The notes under the pieces were generated by a model. It was not told the DNA's origin and did no database searches. It saw only the letters and a program-made list of their open reading frames with translations. Shown here piece by piece: positions 1-6,580 of a DNA stretch of 20,471 nt (position 1 is the first letter of the stretch; each line of letters starts with the position of its first letter). The stretch spans positions 1 through 20,471 of the forward strand of contig JBBQSO010000089.1 in the NCBI GenBank assembly GCA_038213805.1, in the 5' to 3' direction. This DNA is from Planctomycetota bacterium (GTDB lineage Bacteria > Planctomycetota > UBA11346). Both the position numbers and the translations under genes were made by a program.

Positions 1-531
1 GAGGTTGGCGGCGAAGACGTGGATCAGGGCGCGATTATGGCTGTCGGCGCGGGCGAGCTGGTTGGCGCGCGCGCACACCGCGGTGATCACGCCTTCTGCG
101 CCGAGCGCGGCGCCTTCGGCCGTCGGCGTCCGCTCGATGCGCACGCGGTCGCCGACGCACAGCGGATTCTTCACCCCGGAGATGCGCTTCTTCAGGACCT
201 GGCGCACCTGGCATGGCACCTCGGTGCCGTCGTCCAGGCGCACCTGCACGCTGGTCCCGGCGAACCCGCAGATGGCGCCGGGCGTGCCACCCGATTCCTG
301 TTCGGCGATCAGCCTGGCGAGGCGGTTGAAGCGCGCCAGCAGGGTGTCGCCGCCATTGGCGGTGCGCTGCTTGTGGCTGTGGCTCTCGACGAAGGCCTCG
401 TTGTCGTGATGTCGTTCCCAGCCACCGGTACGCGCCTCGTCCTTGCTGTTGGCGCGGCGCAGGCGGCCGAGTCCCTGGCGGGCCTGGACGCCCTTCAGGC
501 CCTTGTACTTGTGTCCGCTCGGTTCTGGCAT
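1..531 (-). CDS. rsgA: Ribosome small subunit-dependent GTPase A (RsgA/YjeQ/CpgA), 5' part; runs off the left edge
   Basis: Manual minus-strand translation from ATG at 531 (in-frame alternative ATG at 570) is open to base 1: MPEPSGHKYKG...VQVRLDDGTEVPCQVRQVLKKRISGVKNPLCVGDRVRIE...GVITAVCARANQLARADSHNRALIHVFAANL. The VGDxV, GxIxxxxxRxNxLxR and AAN(L/V)D-like motifs match the RsgA OB-fold/GTPase junction. GTPase motifs lie outside the window. Confidence 0.88.
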   Translation of the reverse strand, partial: MPEPSGHKYKGLKGVQARQGLGRLRRANSKDEARTGGWERHHDNEAFVESHSHKQRTANGGDTLLARFNRLARLIAEQESGGTPGAICGFAGTSVQVRLDDGTEVPCQVRQVLKKRISGVKNPLCVGDRVRIERTPTAEGAALGAEGVITAVCARANQLARADSHNRALIHVFAANL

Positions 532-591
532 CGCTCTGGACAGCGTGCCGCGGCCAGCAGTCGATGCCATGGATATGGGCCTGCGGCCGGG

Positions 592-1056
592 TCACCCGCT
601 CGAAGTGCGCAGGTAGCCCAGGCTGAAGCCTTCGACGTGGACATCGCTGAGGGTCAGTTCCGCCGTGCCGGGATCGAGGCTGACGATCTGCACGATGTTC
701 CCGGCGTCGTCGACCGTGCACCAGGAGTCGGCTCCGGTGAAGGCCACGTGGCGGAACGCCAGACGGAGGGCCTGGACCGTCGATCCATCGACGATCGAAC
801 GCATGATCACGGAGCGGTCGGTGCCGATGACGACGTCAGCGATATGCAAGGTCGCGGGATCGCCGATCACGCCTCGTCCGTCAATCCCGCCTGAGGAATG
901 CCCATCGAAGTGCCAGGTTCCGGCGAATGCGCGCGCTTGCGCCGCCATGCGGTCATCGCCACCCCCACCCAAGGAGCACCCGGTAAGCAACGCACCGAGG
1001 ATGGCGATGCTGACGGCCAGGAGACCACGGCCGTGGAGCGTGGTTGGCGTGCGCAT
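592..1056 (-). CDS. Putative lipoprotein (154 aa), possibly a lipocalin-like beta-barrel
   Basis: ATG at 1056 preceded by AGAGGAG. Basic N-terminus, hydrophobic stretch and lipobox LLTG-C, then a Gly linker and FAGTW (GxW-like), followed by beta-strand-like segments. Confidence 0.75.
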   Translation of the reverse strand: MRTPTTLHGRGLLAVSIAILGALLTGCSLGGGGDDRMAAQARAFAGTWHFDGHSSGGIDGRGVIGDPATLHIADVVIGTDRSVIMRSIVDGSTVQALRLAFRHVAFTGADSWCTVDDAGNIVQIVSLDPGTAELTLSDVHVEGFSLGYLRTSSG

Positions 1057-1120
1057 GGCGATGCTCCTCTGCTGAAGGTCGGGCCAGGGGCCGTCGTTCC
1101 ATCCGCCCGCGCCGCTCCTG

Positions 1121-3622
1121 CTACTTCTCGGGCTTCTCCGGCGCCCCACCGCTGCTGATGCGCACCGAGGCCAGCATCTGCAGCGCGGCGCGATACTGCT
1201 CGGCCTCCTCTTTGGGCAGGACGGTGCTGCAGATCACGTTGAGCACGTCCGGCTGCATCTCCTGCCAGCGCGGGCTGGCGGTGCCGCCGCCGACCACCTC
1301 CAGCTGCAGCCCGTGGCTGTCGGCCCCGACCATGTCGGGGTCGGTCCAGCCGTTGAGCACGCCCTTGTAGCGTACGCCGCGGCCGGTGTTGGACTTCAGT
1401 TTTTCGAACTGCGCACCGAGCGCGGCGGTGAACTGGTCGAGGCGGCGCGCGGTCTCAACCAGGGTGTCGAGCTGCTTGCCGTTGCCGCTGCCTGCCATCA
1501 GCGTGCGATTGGTGGGCCCGGCGTCGACCACCGCGGCGAGGTTCCAGCGCGCCAGGTCGGCCGTGACGCGCGTCAGCACCGCCTGCTGCTGGGTCTGGAT
1601 GTCGCTCTCGATGCTCTTGATCGCCGTCTTCAGCTCCTTGTCGAGGTCGGAATCGAGCAGCGCGGGCGGCAGCTGCTCGCTGAGCTCCTTTAAGCGCGGC
1701 AGGTTCTTGCCTGCGACGGCGAGCTGGATGCGGTCGTGGAGCGCGGTCAGGTAGCTGTCCCGGGCCTTGGTAACCACGTCGTGCAGGCTGGCGACCTTGT
1801 CCTTCACCGCCGCCTCGTCCTTGCCGCGGAAGGCTTCGACGCGCTTGAGCGCGGACTCGTAGTCGTGGTCCTCGTCGAGTTTGAGCACCTGCCCACGCAG
1901 TTCGGTGAGATCGCGCTCAAGGTCGGCGGTGGCACGCGCCTGGACGAGATCGGCGATGCGCGAGCGCAGCACGCGCGCGCGGTCGAGGAGCGGCTTGGCC
2001 GGGGCCTGTCCGATGAGCTGGTCGACCTGTCCGCCGAGCGCACCGAGGTCGAGGCTGGCGCCACCGCTGCGCAGCTTGTCCTCGAGCATGGTCAAGGCGG
2101 CGGACTGGCGCGCCGCGCTCTGGTCGGGCTCGGGATCCGCCGGGTGGTCGCTGCCTGTGGTTGACGTGGTGGACGTCGTCGGGCTGGGGGGTCGCGCGGT
2201 GTGCGCGGCGCTGGCATCGCCGAGACTGCGCAGCACTGCGACCGCGAGCAGCACCAGGACGAGCGCACCGATGGCGATGCCGATCATGGTGCTCGGGCGC
2301 ATGCGCGCGGGGTGCAGGCGCTCCATGGTGGTGTGGCCGCCATCGGTGGCGCGCACGCCGCGCGCGCCGGTGGTGGCGGCCGGGGTCGGCTGCGCTGTGG
2401 TGCCCGGTGCGCCGACGGTCGCCGCGGAAGTCGCCACGGCGGGGCCGGCGGCGTAGCGGCGCAGTAGCATGGTCTCGCCGCCGCCGATGCGTTCGACACC
2501 GAGCTGGGTGCCGGACTGCAGGCGGCCGATCTCCGCGACCACCTCGCTGGCCTGCTGGTAGCGGTCGTCGGGTTTCTTGGCGACCAGGCGCTCGACCAGG
2601 GCGCAGACCTCGTCGGGGACGTCGGGGACCAGGTCCTGGATCGCCGGCAGCGGATCCATGACGTGGGCCTTCAGCACCTCGGTGGCGCTGGTGCCGGTGA
2701 ACGGGGTCTTGCCGGTGAGCAGATGGTACAGCGTCGCGCCCAGCGAATAGATGTCGACGCGGTGGTCGATGCGCTTGCCCAGCGCCGCTTCGGGGGCCAT
2801 GTAGTGGGGGGTGCCCATGACGCGCTTGGGGCCCTCCTCCGCCTCGGCCTCGTCGAAGGTCTTGCTGATGCCCAGGTCGGCCAGCTTCACCACGTTGCCC
2901 TGGGCGAGCATGATGTTGTCGGGCTTGATGTCCTGGTGAATCAGGCGCTGGCTGTGCGCGTATTCCAGGGCCTTGGCGGTCTGGCGGATGATCTCAAGGG
3001 CTTCGGCCGGCTTGAACGGGCCATCCTTGCGCAGCACCTGCATGCAGGTGGGGCCTTCGACGTACTCCATCGAGAAGTAGTGGATGTCGTTTTCGGTGCC
3101 GACGTCGTGGACCTGGATGATGTTGGGGTGGTTGAGCGCTCCCGCGGCGCGCGCCTCGCGGATGAACTGCTCGACGAAGCGGGGGCGCGACGAGTACTTG
3201 GGCGAGAGGATCTTGAGCGCGACGATGCGCGCCATGGAGCGCTGGTTGGCTTTGAAGACGATGCCCATGCCGCCTTCGCCGATCTTCTCCTGGACCTCGT
3301 ACTTGCTGAGCAGGTCCTTGAGTTCGACGTCACCGGTCTCTTTCACGAACAGGTATTCGACCTCGCCGACGCGGATGCGGTCGCCGAAGGCGAGCTGGCG
3401 TTCGGTGACCTTCTTGCCGTTGAGGTTGGTGCCGTTGCGCGAACCCAGGTCGACCAGGCTGTACAGCTTGCCGTCGCGCCGGATCTGGGCGTGGGCGCGG
3501 CTCGACATGTTGTCGAGGATCTGCACGTCGCAGCTGGATTGACGGCCCATCACCGTCACGTCCTTGGTGAGCACGTACTCGTGCCCAGCCGTCGGACCCG
3601 TCTGGCAGACCAGCTTCGCCAT
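1121..3622 (-). CDS. Hanks-type Ser/Thr protein kinase: N-terminal FHA, kinase, TM helix, helical C-terminal region (833 aa)
   Basis: ATG at 3622 after GGAGGGGAG. FHA motifs GR...SRAHA...DLGSRNGT. Kinase motifs IGEGGMG, VALK, HQDIKPDN, DLG, GTPHYMAPE, DIYSLG. TM segment IGIAIGALVLVLLAVAVL at about 2232-2288. Confidence 0.95.
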   Translation of the reverse strand: MAKLVCQTGPTAGHEYVLTKDVTVMGRQSSCDVQILDNMSSRAHAQIRRDGKLYSLVDLGSRNGTNLNGKKVTERQLAFGDRIRVGEVEYLFVKETGDVELKDLLSKYEVQEKIGEGGMGIVFKANQRSMARIVALKILSPKYSSRPRFVEQFIREARAAGALNHPNIIQVHDVGTENDIHYFSMEYVEGPTCMQVLRKDGPFKPAEALEIIRQTAKALEYAHSQRLIHQDIKPDNIMLAQGNVVKLADLGISKTFDEAEAEEGPKRVMGTPHYMAPEAALGKRIDHRVDIYSLGATLYHLLTGKTPFTGTSATEVLKAHVMDPLPAIQDLVPDVPDEVCALVERLVAKKPDDRYQQASEVVAEIGRLQSGTQLGVERIGGGETMLLRRYAAGPAVATSAATVGAPGTTAQPTPAATTGARGVRATDGGHTTMERLHPARMRPSTMIGIAIGALVLVLLAVAVLRSLGDASAAHTARPPSPTTSTTSTTGSDHPADPEPDQSAARQSAALTMLEDKLRSGGASLDLGALGGQVDQLIGQAPAKPLLDRARVLRSRIADLVQARATADLERDLTELRGQVLKLDEDHDYESALKRVEAFRGKDEAAVKDKVASLHDVVTKARDSYLTALHDRIQLAVAGKNLPRLKELSEQLPPALLDSDLDKELKTAIKSIESDIQTQQQAVLTRVTADLARWNLAAVVDAGPTNRTLMAGSGNGKQLDTLVETARRLDQFTAALGAQFEKLKSNTGRGVRYKGVLNGWTDPDMVGADSHGLQLEVVGGGTASPRWQEMQPDVLNVICSTVLPKEEAEQYRAALQMLASVRISSGGAPEKPEK

Positions 3623-3779
3623 CGCCTCTCCCCTCCGGTGCGCCGTCGCACCCACGATCCCGCCCAGGTTCGGCAAAGCAAGGTCTTGGCCAAGCCAGTG
3701 ATACGCCTACGGGTCCGGTGTCGCGCACGCGCCGGGCTTGGACCTTGGCCCGGGCCGGTCCGCACCCACGATGCCCACC

Positions 3780-5018
3780 ATGGCCCTGGCGCCCAACTGC
3801 GACCTGTTCGTAATCGCCGGCGAGCCTTCGGGCGACGCTTATGCGGCGGAGATCGTCAAGGGCCTGCGCGCCCGCTACGGTGACCTGGTGTGCGCCGCCA
3901 TGGGCGGACCTGAACTGCACGCGGCCGGAGCCGAAATCGAACAGGGCATCGACGGTCTGGCGGTGATGGGGCTGGGGCCGGTGCTGGCGCGCCTGCCGAT
4001 GTTCATCCGGCTGGGGCTGCGCATGGCCCAGGTCATCCGCAATCGCCGCCCCAAGGTGGTGCTGACCGTCGACTACCCCGGGTTCAACATGCGCCTGGCG
4101 CGCCGGCTGGGGGACCTGCGTCGCGCGGGCACCCGTTTCGTGCATCTGGTCGCGCCACAGGTATGGGCGTGGCAGCCGCGCCGCGCCAAGGCCATCGCCC
4201 ATTCGGTCGACCGTCTGCTCTGCCTGTTCCCCTTCGAGCCGCGGCTGTTTGCGCGCTTCGGCTGCCAGACCGACTTCGTCGGCCACCCGCTGCTCGATAT
4301 GATCCCGGGCCGGCCTGACACGCGCGCGGTCGACGCCGAACTGGGCCTGGCGCCTGACGACCACCTGCTGCTGCTCGCCCCGGGCAGCCGCCAGCGCGAG
4401 GTACGGCAGTTGCTCGGGCTGTTCCACCACGCCGCAGAGGCCGCCCTGCCGCGCCTGGCCGCGCAGTTGCCCGGGCCAGGGCGCATCCACGTCGCGGTGG
4501 CGCGCGTGCCGGATGTGCCGCTGCCGCTCTACCGCGACAACACCCACTTTCCGCTGGTCGAGGGCCGATACCGCGAGTTGTGCGCGCGCGCCCGGGTCGG
4601 TCTGATCGCCTCCGGTACCGCCACCCTGGAAGCCGGCATCATCGGTCTGCCGCACGTCATCGCCTACCGCGCCGATCGTTTGACCGCGACCCTCGCCCGC
4701 CATTTGATCCGCACCCCGCACGTCGGCCTGCCGAACCTGCTGTGTGGCCACCGCGCCTGCCCCGAAGTGCTGCAGGACGACCTGTCGGTACCCCGCCTGG
4801 TCGCCCACCTTGAGCGCCTGTGGTCAGGCGAGCGGCGTGCGACCTGCCTCGCCGACCTCACCCGCACGCGCACGCTGCTCGGCGCGGGCGGTGCGCTCGG
4901 ACGCATCGTCGACATCCTCGACGAGGAGCTCGCCCGCGGCCGCCGCCGCGCCGACACGTTTGGCACCTACGAGGCGGTGAAGAGCGATTCGGACATGCCG
5001 GGGCACGTGGTGCGCTGA
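3780..5018 (+). CDS. lpxB: Lipid-A-disaccharide synthase
   Basis: LpxB motifs IAGEPSGD, LAVMG, VDYPGFN, PQVWAW, LFPFE, FVGHPL, PGSR, SGTATLE, GLPNLL, PEVLQ. Start at 3771 or 3780. Confidence 0.95.
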   Translation: MALAPNCDLFVIAGEPSGDAYAAEIVKGLRARYGDLVCAAMGGPELHAAGAEIEQGIDGLAVMGLGPVLARLPMFIRLGLRMAQVIRNRRPKVVLTVDYPGFNMRLARRLGDLRRAGTRFVHLVAPQVWAWQPRRAKAIAHSVDRLLCLFPFEPRLFARFGCQTDFVGHPLLDMIPGRPDTRAVDAELGLAPDDHLLLLAPGSRQREVRQLLGLFHHAAEAALPRLAAQLPGPGRIHVAVARVPDVPLPLYRDNTHFPLVEGRYRELCARARVGLIASGTATLEAGIIGLPHVIAYRADRLTATLARHLIRTPHVGLPNLLCGHRACPEVLQDDLSVPRLVAHLERLWSGERRATCLADLTRTRTLLGAGGALGRIVDILDEELARGRRRADTFGTYEAVKSDSDMPGHVVR

Positions 5019-5042
5019 ACTCTTTCAGGGGATTGGGTGGAT

Positions 5043-5171
5043 GGAGTGCGGAGTGCGGAGTGACCGTAGGATGATGGTTAATCGCCCGCTCAACGGCCAC
5101 GCAAAATGGAAGTTCTCACGTCGCCAACGTTGACGACGTTGGGATCACGCGCACTCCACACTCCGTACCTC
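5043..5171. repeat. Inverted heptamer tandem-repeat cassette, (GGAGTGC)x3 ... (GCACTCC)x2-3, between convergent genes
   Basis: ggagtgc-ggagtgc-ggagtga at 5043-5063 and gcactcc-acactcc-gtacctc at 5151-5171. Internal perfect hairpin ccaacgt-N5-acgttgg at 5124-5142. Confidence 0.7.
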
Positions 5172-5178
5172 TCCCTGG

Positions 5179-6363
5179 TCAGCGCCGGGCGGCGACGAGT
5201 TCGGCGGCCGTGCGCTTGCGCAGCGACGACTCGAACGAGCCCTGGCGCACCGCCATCAGGCGCCGGGTCTCGGCGTCCTTGAGCACCTGGCGCTGTGCGG
5301 CCGGCAGGCGCTTGGCCACTTGGTCGAGCGAGCCGCCCAATGCCTCGGCCATGCCGGCTAGCGCGCGGTAGTAGCCCTGCTGACCGGGGATCTTGCGGCA
5401 GCCCTGGAGCAGCGCGGTCATGATATCGGCGCGATCGTCGGTGGTCAGGGCGCGGTGGGTGGCGACGGCAGCTCCCCACTCGTCCAGGAATGGGCCGATC
5501 GGCAGCAGCAGGGCGTTCGTGGTGCGCAGGTTCTTCACCGTCCGCAGCGGATAGTTGCGGTGGCCCTCTGCCGACATCACCGTGCGATAGAGGTGCGCAG
5601 CGACCTGGAAGGCGCCTCCAAAGGCCTTGGCGTTCTCGTGCGCGAGCCGGCCAAAACGCTCGTAGAGCGGATGTCCAGCGAACTCCTCGCGCCAGAAGCT
5701 CAGGCCCTGGTCGACGTCGCCGGCATTGTGCGTGAGCACGGTCGCCAGGCGCAGCACGTCGAGTTCGGCGCCGGGGCGGCGCAGCAGGCACAGGAAGCCG
5801 GCGGATTCGCGTTCGAGTTCGCCCTCGACCGCCGCTGCGAGGCGCTGCGCGTACTCGCTGTCGCCGTTCGCCAGGAAGCAACCGAGCGCGCCCGACATGA
5901 CGCCGAGCAGTTCGCCATCATGGCCGCTGATGCGGCCGCTGCCCGGGACGTCGACGATGCGCGCCGAGACCGGGGCGATGTCCCAGGCGCGCGCCGCCAG
6001 CACGGTGTCGGCCATGCGCCGCAGCACTGCGGGGTTTTCCTTAGGCGACCACAGCACGCCACGGATCTTGGCGTCGACGTCGGTGGGGATGAAGGTGCCG
6101 GCAGTGCCCATGTGGGCCGCCAGGCAGAGCGCGAAGTAATCCTCGCGCTGCGCTGCCGTCGGTACGTCGACCGCAGGCAGGCGCTCAGCACCGCGGATGA
6201 TCGCCTGCCAACCGAGCGGTGCGGCCGCCAGTTCGACCAGGCGCGCATCGGCGGCGGGAGGTTCAGCGGCGGTGAACAGGAATGGGGCGGTATTGCGCAC
6301 CAGGCCGAGGAGATTCGCGGGGCCGATGTGGCCGTGGAACTGCTTCACCGTCGGGGTCTGCAT
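5179..6363 (-). CDS. Hypothetical protein (394 aa), probably soluble and mainly helical; function unknown
   Basis: Long ORF with protein-like composition and GC-rich third positions, starting MQTPTVKQFHGHIG at ATG 6363. No family recognised. Confidence 0.85.
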   Translation of the reverse strand: MQTPTVKQFHGHIGPANLLGLVRNTAPFLFTAAEPPAADARLVELAAAPLGWQAIIRGAERLPAVDVPTAAQREDYFALCLAAHMGTAGTFIPTDVDAKIRGVLWSPKENPAVLRRMADTVLAARAWDIAPVSARIVDVPGSGRISGHDGELLGVMSGALGCFLANGDSEYAQRLAAAVEGELERESAGFLCLLRRPGAELDVLRLATVLTHNAGDVDQGLSFWREEFAGHPLYERFGRLAHENAKAFGGAFQVAAHLYRTVMSAEGHRNYPLRTVKNLRTTNALLLPIGPFLDEWGAAVATHRALTTDDRADIMTALLQGCRKIPGQQGYYRALAGMAEALGGSLDQVAKRLPAAQRQVLKDAETRRLMAVRQGSFESSLRKRTAAELVAARR

Positions 6364-6580
6364 CGTCGCGGTGTTGTAGGGAGGGGTGGGAGGGGGCAAG
6401 GCGCGAGGGGGTGGAGGCGCGAGATGAGCCGATGCGGTGAGGAGCGCGGCCCTGTGGGCCACGGTAACAGGGAGTAGGCAATGCCGCTGAACGAGGGGTG
6501 AGGGGTCGCTACAGGCTGTCCGTCCTGGGACCGCAGCCCGCTGCGCGTTCTGCCGCCCATGCGAACACCCGTTCGGAGCT

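Noticed and set aside
19..894. Plus-strand 291-aa ORF and minus-strand ORF 35..721
   Set aside because: Antisense or off-frame shadows; the rsgA frame and the lipoprotein explain the region.
2663..4808. Long ORFs 2663..3883 (+) and 3330..4808 (-)
   Set aside because: Antisense to the kinase and lpxB, which carry clear family motifs.
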